Of a DNA stretch of 64,000 nt, positions 26,651 to 38,473 are shown one piece after another. The number at the start of each line of letters is the position of its first letter. The stretch's first letter is position 1. The notes beneath the pieces were generated by a model that was not told the DNA's origin, ran no database searches, and worked only from the letters and a program-made list of their open reading frames with translations. The translations under genes were made by a program, and so were the position numbers. The stretch is from Octopus vulgaris (taxonomy: Eukaryota), in contig OX597822.1 in the NCBI GenBank assembly GCA_951406725.2, positions 50,840,001 through 50,904,000 of the forward strand, given 5' to 3'.

Positions 26651-27010
26651 TAGCATGCCCAGCTGACAACACTGTGTACGATAGGGAAGAAAAAAATGTT
26701 GAGAGATATGAGAGGTTAGCTTAGGACGTTAAGCAGTTGTGATCGATGAAAAAGGTAGCAGTAGTACCAATAATTGTCGGAGTCTTGGGAAGAGTGAGAA
26801 AAAAATCTCGAGGGGTACGTTGAACAAATGGGGGCTGTAATAACAGTGGAGTACTTGCAGAAAACAGCACTGCTTGGAACCGCTAGAATACCGCTCGGAA
26901 GGTGCTCGTAAAATAAGAGGTGTTACCTTATTTCAATGGTATTGAACAACTGGCAGATTAGTACATATCCAGCATTAGAATTTGTGCAAAGGCAATGATA
27001 ATAATAATTG
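26650..27010 (+). mobile_element. Second R4/Dong-type 3' fragment inserted in (AAT)n
   Basis: IACPAD...EEKNVERYERLA, VVPIIVGVLG, LQKTALLGTARI; bounded by AAT repeats. Confidence 0.75.
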
Positions 27011-27014
27011 CTGC

Positions 27015-27222
27015 TTTATATTTTAGAGATGAGGAATTCTGTACATTATTCTGTATATTATTTACATTGGATGGATATGTGTCCTCATTTTGTTTGTTAT
27101 TACCACAACGTTTCGGCTGATTTACTTTCCAGCCTTCATCGGTATCCTGGTAGAATTTCGAACCTAACCTTGGCTTTTCATTCCTAAGGTACTCACTTCT
27201 AGATAGATGACTCTTTCTTTCA
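27015..27222 (-). mobile_element. Solo PLE-terminal-repeat-like fragment with a degenerate HHR (27102-27148)
   Basis: Minus strand CCGATGA-a-ggctg...cagcc-GAAAC GTT; adjacent to (TA)n. Confidence 0.55.
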
Positions 27223-27224
27223 TC

Positions 27225-27298
<74 letters not shown>

Positions 27299-28363
27299 TG
27301 CTTTTTAAAAAATATTTTGATAAAAAATGAAAATCACCTGTATTAAGTATCAACTATATCAAATGATTCTCATAAACTTTGAGATACTTAAACAACTGAT
27401 ACACGATCAGGGTAGCACTCACCTGATCGAAATCAGCGACAAATGTTAAGTCAAGTGACACAATTTTGGAAGTAATTTCGGACAAAATAACAATTCTCAC
27501 AAACAGATATGATTCACATCAATTGGAACAGCAAAACACGTATTTACAGAGAAAAAGAAGAATCTCGACTAACATTAAAAGACACGACAAACACTTCTAA
27601 AACTTTGAATACAACATTACTCTACCAACAATAGAACATTCCAATACAGAATTTATCTTTCAGGAATGGATCGAAATTCATTTAGAGTATGAAGCACTCA
27701 AGAAAAAGAACCAGATGTAAAAGATCTGGAATAATTTATCAAATCAAAGAAAACAAGCGTATTGGAAAGCAATTAGGAACGAAAATTTAACAAACATACG
27801 CATAATGGATGAACTGACGACAAGTGATATTTCCGCGAAAATTCTGTCCCATTAGAACCAAATGAAGAAACGAGAATCAGAATAAATTTTGCAAACCAAA
27901 GATTCGAAGGAGAGATTAACATTCTAAAGCTTCGCACGCCACGCTTTAAAGAGAAATTTGGGAAATGTGAGACCGTAATGCAAAAAGAAATCTCCGAACA
28001 AATCAGCGTAAAATTACGTGGAAAAGTACTGGACTTATAGAGAAAAGACAGAGATAAAAGCAGCCAAATCAAACAAAGTACTTGAGTCGAAAACTCGATG
28101 TCTGCAAAACTACGAACACAATTATGAAACGGAATTAATGAAAACTAATAATAAAACAGAGATTCGTGTGTAGACAGACTTTCTTTACAATAACAAGAAC
28201 AACAAAATGAAACATAACCCCATCCATATCATTTTCGCTGTCTGACCGAAAAATACACACTAGAAAAAAAAATTCTTCCCCAAAAAGATTTGTAACATCC
28301 TCATAACAGATTTCCTAACAAAATTCAACAGTGCACATTAAAAACATAGATTTTCACACACAC

Positions 28364-28416
<53 letters not shown>

Positions 28417-28417
28417 C

Positions 28418-28453
<36 letters not shown>

Positions 28454-28487
28454 ACGTATGTATGTATGTATATATATATACAAACTT

Positions 28488-29173
28488 TTTGAGGTGTTCC
28501 ACAGGGCACTGTCTTTGTGTCACTGCTCTTCATAGTGGCCCTTTCAGACATGCCCTCAGTTGCTTAGATGGCCACCCTTGTTAGCTATGCATATGACACA
28601 AAAGTCTCCCACACAATACAAAACCCTGGAAATATTGCACATCTGCAACAGGAGTTGCAACATATCAGCTACTGGGAAAGACTGAAAGAATTAAAACACT
28701 TCTCCCTAGAGCGAAGGCGGGAGAGATATGCGGTGATATACATCTGGAAAATTCTGGAAGGTCTTGTCCCAAACTTTGGCATTCAAAGTTAGCCCAACCG
28801 CAGAACGGGGAGCCACTGCATGGTACGAAATATTCCAACATCACCGTCCAGATACAGGACCTGATACTGCAACAGCTTGAGTTTCAGAGGACCACAGCTC
28901 TTCAACATCCTCCCTAAATGCCTGAGAGACTTGCATGCTGTGGATGTGGGTTTCTTTAAAACTAAACTGGATCTCTTCTGTCGGGGGTCCCAGATGAACC
29001 TACCCCACGACAGGAGACACAGATGCGGGCAGCGGCATCGAACACCCTTGTTGACCCAGTGCCACGTATCAGAGGTGGATTCACATATTAGTGTAGCTCA
29101 TTCAGCGGTGGTGCCCCAGCATAGCAGCAGCCTTCGGGCTGAAACATTTTAAAGGATTTTTAAGGATTTAAGG

Positions 29174-29175
<2 letters not shown>
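28488..29175 (+). mobile_element. Internally deleted CR1-group LINE 3' fragment (different family from 5957-7386)
   Basis: GVPQGT, YAYDTK, ISYWERLKELKHFSLERRRERYAVIYIWKI, FRGPQLFNILPK; tail of (T)TTAAGGA repeats then (TA)n. Confidence 0.85.
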
Positions 29176-29221
<46 letters not shown>

Positions 29222-29499
29222 GTGTGTGTGTGCGATGTGAGCATTTTCCCCTTGTTTACAATTTACACGGAAAAATAGATAAACAGTTACCAGGGAAGCA
29301 AATCATCGCACAAGTAATGAGGATGTAATACTATGTTTGTAAAGGTAGAAAATCCATGTATTGTTGGGAACGTTCTTGACTTCCAGTCCATCTACTTTAG
29401 CTCCTCATCTGTCTACTTCAGGATTCCAGCACCATTTACATGTATACACACACACACATATATATATATCATATTTCATAATTATATACATAATTATAA

Positions 29500-29660
29500 C
29501 AAGGAGTCAGCTTTATGCAGCTCGGTAAAACAAACCGATAGAATAATTACCAAGATTAAAACATAAGTGCTGGTGTTCTTTCATTTGGCAGAGAAAAATT
29601 CAAGGAGGTGCCGTAGCATGGCCGCAGTCAAATGATTGAAATAGGCAAAAGATAAAAGAT
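29500..29660 (+). mobile_element. 3' part of CORE-type SINE
   Basis: accgatagaataa...ggaggtgccgtagcatggccgcagtcaaatgattgaaatagg. Confidence 0.6.
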
Positions 29661-29779
29661 GCATTTGTGTGTGTGCGTGTGTGTGTGTGCACATAGAGAA
29701 TCTTGCAGACAAAATCTTGTTTGATTCAAAATCTTATCCTCCTCTTTATTTTTCAGGTAAATAGTCAAAAGATTGTCAT

Positions 29780-30140
29780 GCAACAATTGAATCGTCCGCG
29801 CCGGGAACAATGTCAACAAAATCGTAAAATTGATGAAACTTCAAAAGCAACTGTTTTTTCGAGTGTATAAATCGTTTAAAGAAGAGAAAAAAGATTGACG
29901 GAAAAGAACGCAAGACTTGAAGTGATTCCAAGTGCAATCCAAAGTTTCTCTCTGGCCTCATACGCTCGACTGAAGCACTCTATGACAGCTCTTACAAACA
30001 GACGCAATGTGTGCCTTTCCACAGTGTCCGTAACTGTGAAGAGGATCCTTGGCATGACTAGCTATGGATCGACGATACCGTCACCTCCTAACAGCCAAAA
30101 CTAAAGCATCATTCGTCAAGTACCAGGGTGTAGAAAACTT
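29780..30140 (+). mobile_element. Tc1/mariner transposase N-terminal relic
   Basis: HSMTAL...NVCLSTVSVTVK..LGMTSY / RRYRHLLTAKTK resembles the second HTH and linker of Tc1/mariner transposases. Confidence 0.55.
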
Positions 30141-30242
30141 GCTCGTGTTTGTGTACGAGATGTTCACTGAGGACGCTGAGCTGAATCGCAGGAATTCTCG
30201 AGTGATTGCATACTTTCCCGTGGTGCTATATTTAATGACAAT

Positions 30243-30288
<46 letters not shown>

Positions 30289-30444
30289 CGAAGTCCAATG
30301 ATACCCTACACACTTATTTGGTTATGAAGATTTACAAACATACTTTCTCAGTAGGACTCGATATACCTACCATTATGGGTAATACCAAATGTACCTTTCG
30401 GATCATTCATAATGAGATGTAAGTCTTTGGTATAGCAATAGTAT

Positions 30445-30537
30445 GCGGCTGAAGAGAGCTTTAAACTATCCTTTATGTCGATTATACAATGATGTAAGAA
30501 TATGTCATTTTATAAAGCTTGAAACACGTGTCACCGC
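30445..30537 (+). ncRNA. Type I hammerhead-like motif in a (TA)n-flanked ~365-bp island (30285-30650)
   Basis: gcgg-CTGAAGA-gagcttta...taaagctt-GAAAC acgt GTC-a-ccgc; palindromic stem III; one extra A after the cleavage triplet. Confidence 0.65.
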
Positions 30538-30648
30538 GACATCCTTTGTGTTCTGTTTTTGATTTCATTTGATGCATATACCCTCTCACCTCTGCTACTA
30601 GCTGGCGTTTACAGGTGCTTACACTTATCAAGTATTCACCCTGAATTT

Positions 30649-30734
<86 letters not shown>

Positions 30735-31951
30735 TCAGTGTGTTTCAAATGCCTATATGTTTATGTATAATATACATAAGAGTATGTACGTATATGGGTG
30801 TGTATTTTCATATTTATAATGTAAGTTTACTGTTCCTGTATATTAAACTTGTCTTTTACTCATCTATGGCCACTGCAGAATCTTTAAATTTTCGGCTGTT
30901 TCACTTTAACTGTCCTATCTATATACTTACCTTAGCTAAAAATTCATTTATATTGTTGCTTACATCTTATACACCATTTTATGCTAATTCCTTTTAATTA
31001 AAAAAAAAATAGTTACTCTTCTTATTTCGTGCTTTTTGGTAACATTAAGGTTGGATAAAACCTTTAATATTGAATATGAAGCAATATATCTTTACTTTTA
31101 CTGATGTAACTCTGACCAATTTCGACTATCTCTACATGTTATGTATATATATGTATATACACACACACACACTCACTCAAACGTACGCACATGTACACAC
31201 ATATACACACACACATGTATGTGTATATAAATTATGTGGTAATGCTTCAACAAGAATTAAAACACCCGATCACTTGGATTTAAAATGATTTGCGGTTCCT
31301 TTATGTGTGTGCGAGGGTTTGTAAGAATTTGTATGCATATTCAAAGATGGATTGTTGGTGTAACCATTATGCTTCTGAGGTCTGATAAGCTACCTTAATT
31401 TTTTTCATTAAGGTGAGTATATAAATGCGTATTGTATAATGCCCGGCAGGCAACAGATTCGCATTGCTTCTTCTGCACTGAAATTGATAGTACAAGAAGT
31501 TGGCAAAACGGTCTGAATGTCAGTGTAAGTCATTCAGTTAAATGCATTTTCAGTTATCGATCTTCTGAATTAATGGTTTTATATAGTCGTCATGAAATAA
31601 TTTAATTGATCGGATTTTCTGGAATTCTAGTCACATTGATCCTCTATATGAAATACCGATTTCAATTGATTACTATATGAGCTATTAACCTAGTTCAAGC
31701 ATTTTATGATATGAACACGATTCTCTGAAGCCACGTCATTTTACTACTGAAACATACATATGTACATATATATATGCACACACATACGCACACATAGACA
31801 TGTATCATATGTATAAGCATATATACATGTATGTATATATACGTACGTATACACATATATATATGTATATATATATGTATATTTGAAAATACATACATAT
31901 ATATATATAGATAAATGAAAGAATGGAGTCGAACGACGATTTAACAAAGTT

Positions 31952-32039
31952 CCTTTATTCTCGACATATGTTTCGAAGACTGCATATTCTTAATTCCGAA
32001 GGAATAAAGGGTGCATTATGCCGTCTTCTCATCAGGAAA
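31952..32039 (-). ncRNA. Type I hammerhead ribozyme (left arm copy)
   Basis: Reverse complement of 36660-36747. Confidence 0.8.
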
Positions 32040-32617
32040 GACAAAGAACTTATGTCAGCATCATGAGGACCAAAATCTTTTAGATGACTACCCACACGGA
32101 GTCCATAGTGATAATGAGTGTTTCGTTAAAATATTCCGTTAAAAGCAGTGACGTCAAAATTGGTTGGATGGATAAGATTATAAAAAGTTCAAGAGTTCAA
32201 AAATGGTTGGACGGGGCAAGTTCTTAGAATAGGGGGGTGACAGAGTGCAAGTCGTATGTATCGTGATGCGTTGTTGTTTGCTTTTGCCAATGAGATTGAG
32301 TGCCTATGTGTGTGTATGTATATAATTGCATTCGTGTCTATGTGTGTGTATATGTGTGCGTGATTGTTTGTGTGGGGGGATAAATGCCAAATACATCTAG
32401 TGGTGAAGTGACAAGTTTGTGTTTGTGTGCTTGATTGTGCTTATGATAGAGAGAGAGAAAGAGAGAGAGGGGGAGAGGTAGAGAGACAAAGGTAGAACAT
32501 ACCCCAACGAATTTGGAAGTAGGCCTTCAAGTAACGGAGTATAAAATAATTTGTCTATGGTCTTGTTGTAGATGTGGAACCAAATTAGTAAATTCAAGGA
32601 GGTTCTCTATATTAATA

Positions 32618-34090
32618 ATCATTCATATGAGTGGAAAGTGTGTTTCTGCCAGTGCATGCACCTATAGGATTTTTCTACCATTGTGTTTACTGAAGGGAAT
32701 TTGGCGAAAAGTATATAGAAAAGTTCGGAATTACAGACGGCACAATATTTTCTGCCCTTATCAAAAGGAAAGGATACAGACTATATGGACCATTCCAGCT
32801 TGAAATTTATATTGCTGACCTTAAGACGCCAAACTAATTTATTTAGTCCTGTACTTTGTTGTTTCCTCTTATCTCGGAAAGTTGAAAAATGATTGGAAAT
32901 CCTCTGGGGTAATTTAGATGTAGTCGCCCAAACATAGATGAAGACACCGGTACCAGAAGAAACCTTACACTGGTAAATGGAATTTCTAATTTTGGAATTA
33001 CTGGACAATAACTTTTTATCTGTTAGGGTTTACCTCCGAGACTAAGATGGAGTTTTTATTGTTATGATTGCTGTTAATATAACTGCTAGCACTGACCACT
33101 ATACTGTTTCTATTATTGTTATTATTATTATTAATTGTACTATTTCCTGTAATATCCCTGACTATAGAAATGCTGCCGTTGTTATCATCAATGCTACCAC
33201 TGTTATTAGAAATGCTGTCGTTGTTACCACTAACACTACCACTGTTAATAATCCGACTAATATTATTATTAATATTACCACTGTAAACGCCAACGCTGTT
33301 ATGAATGTTGCTATTATCAATACTATTTCTATTATTATTATTGTATGTTTGGTTGGAATTGGTAAGAATAGTGTTGAACTCCCGGGTGAAGAATCCTTGT
33401 TTAGCAGCTTGTTATTATGGGAGGCAATAATTTGCGATAGATTTCTAGTGTTGGAGAATGCAATCCTTAGCTTATGCGAATTGATAGTAGAGTAATACAT
33501 AGAATTCCTGGGAAAGTTCCTAGCTACGGCTTCACGGAACTGAAAAGGAAGGTTTGACTTGCTTTGTTTTCCGAAAGGTATGACAAACCAGATATAGCTT
33601 GTAGTGGACTTAGAATTGTTCAAGGTGTTACCAGTTACATTAAAGGGAATATTTCTGTGCTGGAAAATTGGGGTTGGTTGCCAATTTTTCTTAAGTATAC
33701 TGGTGCCGACGTTGTTAGAGCTGAAATCATTATTCTCACTATTTCTATTGTTATTAGTTTTCTCATCCTGAGAATATAGATTCCGACCAAATCGGCTATC
33801 TGGGCGCTGTCTGTACTTTCCATTAGCACATCGAACGCGTTGGGGCTATCTCTGCGGACCCACAACTTATAATCGAACTGTATGAAAGACATTCTAGCTG
33901 CTAATATCACATTAATTTCCTCCCTGGAGAGGCCTGCCTTATTATGTGCGTCCCATAAGGCCTTATTGAGTACACTAGGGTTTTTCGAAGGGTAGAAACT
34001 AGATATATCGAATTGTATAAATTTTGTGTTTTGCTTATTAGTAATAGAAGTAAACCACTCTACGACCTGAGTGGAGTTAGACCACAAGCT
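32618..34090 (-). pseudogene. Deleted copy of the PLE RT-GIY-YIG ORF (left arm)
   Basis: Mirrors the right arm but lacks the YRDD-containing segment. Confidence 0.85.
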
Positions 34091-36081
34091 AGTCCAAAAT
34101 ACATACCTATTTTAATCAATAAGTTAAAACTCAGCTTGTGGTCTAACACCACTCAGGTCGTAGAGTGGTTTACTTCTATTACTAATAAGCAAAACACAAA
34201 ATTTATACAATTCGATATATCTAGTTTCTACCCTTCGAAAAACCCTAGTGTACTCAATAAGGCCCTACGGCACGCACATAATAAGGCAGGCCTCTCCAGG
34301 GAGGAAATTAATGTGATGTTAGCAGCTAGAATATCTTTCATGCAGTTCGATAATAAGTTGTGGGTCCGCAGAGATAGCCCCAACGCGTTCGATGTGCTAA
34401 TGGGAAGTACAGACAGCACCCAGATAGCCGATTTGGTCGGAATCTATATTCTCTATGAATTGGCCGACCAATTCCCGGACATCTGTGGCGGTCTATATCG
34501 AGACGATTGTCTACTTTACCTCCAGAATGCTCCGAACAATAGGATACAGAAGATTAAGAACAGATTAGCTACATTTTTTAGCAGAATGGGCTTGAGCATA
34601 GTTTTTGACGACGAATTAACTAAAGCCAACTTCTTAGATGTTACCCTAAATCTGCAGAATAATTCATACTTCCCTTATCATAAGCCTTCTACTAATCTTA
34701 AATATATGAGCATTTTCAGTAACCATGCCAAAAATATTACCGATAATTTAGTTAAAAATATTTCATTAAGACTGTCAAAATTATCTGCTAAGGTCGACAT
34801 CTTTAACCAGAAAGCGGAATTTTATAACGCCGCCCTGTCAAAAGCCGGTTATAGAGATAAAGTATCAAATAACGGCCCGGCCCATTCTAAACCTATATAT
34901 ACTTCTCAGGATAAGAAACTAATAACAATAGAAATAGTGAGAATAATGATTTCAGCTCTAACAACGTCGGCACCACTATACTTAAGAAAAATAATTTACG
35001 GACCAGGGGAGGCAATCGGCAACCAACCCCAATTTTCCAGCACAGAAATATTCCCTTTAATGTAACTGGTAACACCTTGAACAATTCTAAGTCCACTACA
35101 AGCTATATCTGGTTTGTCATACCTTTCGGAAAACAAAGCAAGTCAAACCTTCCTTTGCAATTCCGTGAAGCCGTAGCTAGGAACTTTCCCAGGAATTCTA
35201 TGTATTACTCTACTATCAATTCGCATAAGCTAAGGATTGCATTCTCCAACACTAGAAATCTATCGCAAATTATTGCCTCCCATAATAACAAGCTGCTAAA
35301 CAAGGATTCTTCACCCGGGAGTTCAACACTATTCTTACCAATTCCAACCAAACATACAATAAATAATAATAGAAATAGTATTGATAATAGCAACATTCAT
35401 AACAGCGTTGGCGTTTACAGTGGTAATATTAATAATAATATTAGTCGGATTATTAACAGTGGTAGTGTTAGTGGTAACAACGACAGCATTTCTAATAACA
35501 GTGGTAGTATTGATGATAACAACGGCAGCATTTCTATAGTCAGGGATATTACAGGAGATAGTACAATTAATAATAATAATAACAATAATAGAAATAGTAT
35601 AGTGGTCAGTGCTAGCAGTTATATTAACAGCAATCATAACAATAAAAACTCCGTCTTAGTCTCGGAGGTAAACCCTAACAGATTAAAGTTCTTGTCCAGT
35701 AATTCCAAAATTAGAAATTCCATTTACCAGTGTAGGGTTTCTTCCGGTACCTGTGTCTTCTTCTATGTTGGGGCGACTACTTCTAAATTATCCCAGAGGA
35801 TTTCCAATCATTATTCAACTTTCCGAGATAAGAGTGAACAACAAAGTACAGGGCTAAGTAAATTAGTTTGGCGTCTTAAGGTCAGCAATATAAATTTCAA
35901 GCTGGAATGATCCATATAGTCTGTATCCTTTCCTTTTCATAAAGGCAGAAAATATTGTGCCGTCTGTAATTCCGAACTTTTCTATATACTTTTCGCCAAA
36001 TTCCCTTTAGTAAACACAATGGTAGAAAAATCCTACAGGTGCATGCACTGGCAGAAACACACCTTCCACTCATATGAATGA
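34091..36081 (+). pseudogene. 5'-truncated PLE RT + Asn-rich linker + C-terminal GIY-YIG (one frameshift, two stops)
   Basis: WSNTTQVVEWF, FIQFDISSFYPS, FDVLMGSTDSTQIADLVG, GLYRDD, NFLDVTLNL, SIYQC..YVGAT..QRISNH, CAVC..E, CMH; RT signature is Naiad-like rather than Neptune/Poseidon. Confidence 0.88.
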
Positions 36082-36659
36082 TGATTAATATAGAGAACCT
36101 CCTTGAATTTAATAATTTGGTTCCACATCTACAACAAGACCATAGACAAATTATTTTATACTCCGTTACTTGAAGGCCTACTTCCAAATTCGTTGGGGTA
36201 TGTTCTACCTTTGTCTCTCTACCTCTCCCCCTCTCTCTCTTCTCTCTCTCTATCATAAGCACAATCAAGCACACAAACACAAACTTGTCACTTCACCACT
36301 AGATGTATTTGGCATTTATCCCCCCACACAAACAATCACGCACACATATACACACACATAGACACGAATGCAATTATATACATACACACACATAGGCACT
36401 CAATCTCATTGGCAAAAGCAAACAACAACGCATCACGATACATACGACTTGCACTCTGTCACCCCCCTATTCTAAGAACTTGCCCCGTCCAACCATTTTT
36501 GAACTCTTGAACTTTTTATAATCTTATCCATCCAACCAATTTTGACGTCACTGCTTTTAACGGAATATTTTAACGAAACACTCATTATCACTATGGACTC
36601 CGTGTGGGTAGTCATCTAAAAGATTTTGGTCCTCATGATGCTGACATAAGTTCTTTGTC

Positions 36660-36747
36660 TTTCCTGATGAGAAGACGGCATAATGCACCCTTTATTCCTT
36701 CGGAATTAAGAATATGCAGTCTTCGAAACATATGTCGAGAATAAAGG
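36660..36747 (+). ncRNA. Type I hammerhead ribozyme with extended stem II, in the PLE 3' repeat
   Basis: tttc-CTGATGA-gaagac...gtcttc-GAAAC atat GTC-gaga; intact core. Confidence 0.8.
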
Positions 36748-36950
36748 AACTTTGTTAAATCGTCGTTCGACTCCATTCTTTCATTTATCTATTGTAAAAA
36801 AACACACAAATTCCCACACGAAAGCACGTGATTTTTGCCCTTGGCATGCAGCTTCAACCATGCTTTCTGACGTAAATTTGCTACCCGGGTATCGGTTAAC
36901 AAAATTATCCATACTAGGATAATTCATTCAACTACTTAAACATTTATATA

Positions 36951-37021
<71 letters not shown>

Positions 37022-37148
37022 CAAAAACTGTCTGATGAACGGCAACGAGAAACTCAGAGTAACAGATTTTGTTGAATTTTCTGCTGCTTAAAATAAAGTA
37101 TATATATATATATATTATGTATATATATATATATATGTATATACATAC

Positions 37149-37199
<51 letters not shown>

Positions 37200-37214
37200 A
37201 ATATATATATACAC

Positions 37215-37252
<38 letters not shown>

Positions 37253-37734
37253 AACCAGACACATTGCAAGCTACCAAAGTATTATGAGGTTGAACAGATG
37301 CCCATAGATTCTTCTACAATGGAGAATCAGGCTTGTAATGCTATCTTTTATCAAGAGTGAATATAATTCTTTATCAGTGGTGTGGAGACAACTAGTGGTT
37401 ACATCTAAACCAAGAAAATAATCGTTTTATCATATATGGCAGAATTAGAAATATGAATTCAAAATTATATAAGTACAGAGATGTATAAAATTCAAAAATT
37501 TATGTTTCTCTTTTCACACATTTTTTAATGCGGTAATATTTCTTAAACTTGATTTAAGCTACAACATTCAAGATTGGCATAATTATTGTGAATTTTGTGT
37601 GTATGTATATATATATATATATGTGTGTGTGTGTGCGTCAGTGTCTTTGATTTTCTATGCGCATACATATATGTGCGTGTGTGTAGATACACATACATAA
37701 ATGTGGAGTTGGAAGAATCGTTTGCACAACGGTC

Positions 37735-37900
37735 AAAGTGGCATTTCTTTCTGTTTTGTAGTTTGAGCTCAAATATCGCCGAAGCCATAACCATCCATCC
37801 TTTCACGGTTGACAAAATACAGTACCAGTAATGTAAAGAGGTTAATATAATCTACTTACCAACAGGTACTAAATTTTTCTGTCTCGTGCCAAAATTCAAA
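37735..37900 (+). mobile_element. Degraded Meta-domain SINE
   Basis: gagctcaaatatcgccgaag...ccatcctttcacggttgacaaaatacagtaccag. Confidence 0.5.
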
Positions 37901-38413
37901 AGAATTATTTTTTATGGACTGCCCTCAGTAGAGAGACTACAACATGAAGCTTTAATTGACATATACGCTTGATACATTATTTAGGTTTATTAATAGGACA
38001 ACGCCAAAGAGAGGGCTACTCTATTTCATGAACCTTGTGTTATAATAGCATCATTTTGTGCATTCGTACACGTTCAGAATATGCTGAGTAGTTGATTATG
38101 TATAACATTTAACATTATAATCTATGTTTGTACTTCCGCAAATGAATGTGTAAAGTTGATGCAGGTATGGTATTATTGCTTTTGCCTAATGGAAGTATTT
38201 TGCTTTATACTCTGTTCCGGTGCCGGTGTGCGTGAATGTGTGTAAATGTGCGTGTATGCGTGTGGGTTTATGTGGTTATTTTAGATTTACTGTATTATTG
38301 AACGTGGGTTCGTTCGTAAATGTATGTGACGGTTATGTATGTGTTGGGTATTTTTGGAATGTGGGTACATGTACAATGTACGTATATGTGTGTATTTCTG
38401 TATGTATTTTCTT

Positions 38414-38473
<60 letters not shown>

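Larger units (their letters stand above)
31907..36945. mobile_element. Naiad-type Penelope-like element as a 4.9-kb head-to-head fold-back
   Basis: 31907-34090 is the reverse complement of 34133-36792 (42-bp spacer; left arm has 454-bp and 24-bp deletions); ~150-bp unique tail 36793-36945; (TA)n flanks. Confidence 0.93.

Noticed and set aside
34454-34907. Segment missing from the left arm as a spliced intron
   Set aside because: No GT-AG ends in any register; it contains the catalytic YRDD and is bounded by TTCTC microhomology
35908-35910. In-frame TGA in the Naiad-type ORF as possible selenocysteine
   Set aside because: The left arm has TGG (Trp) at this position, so it is a simple nonsense mutation, not a Cys-position UGA
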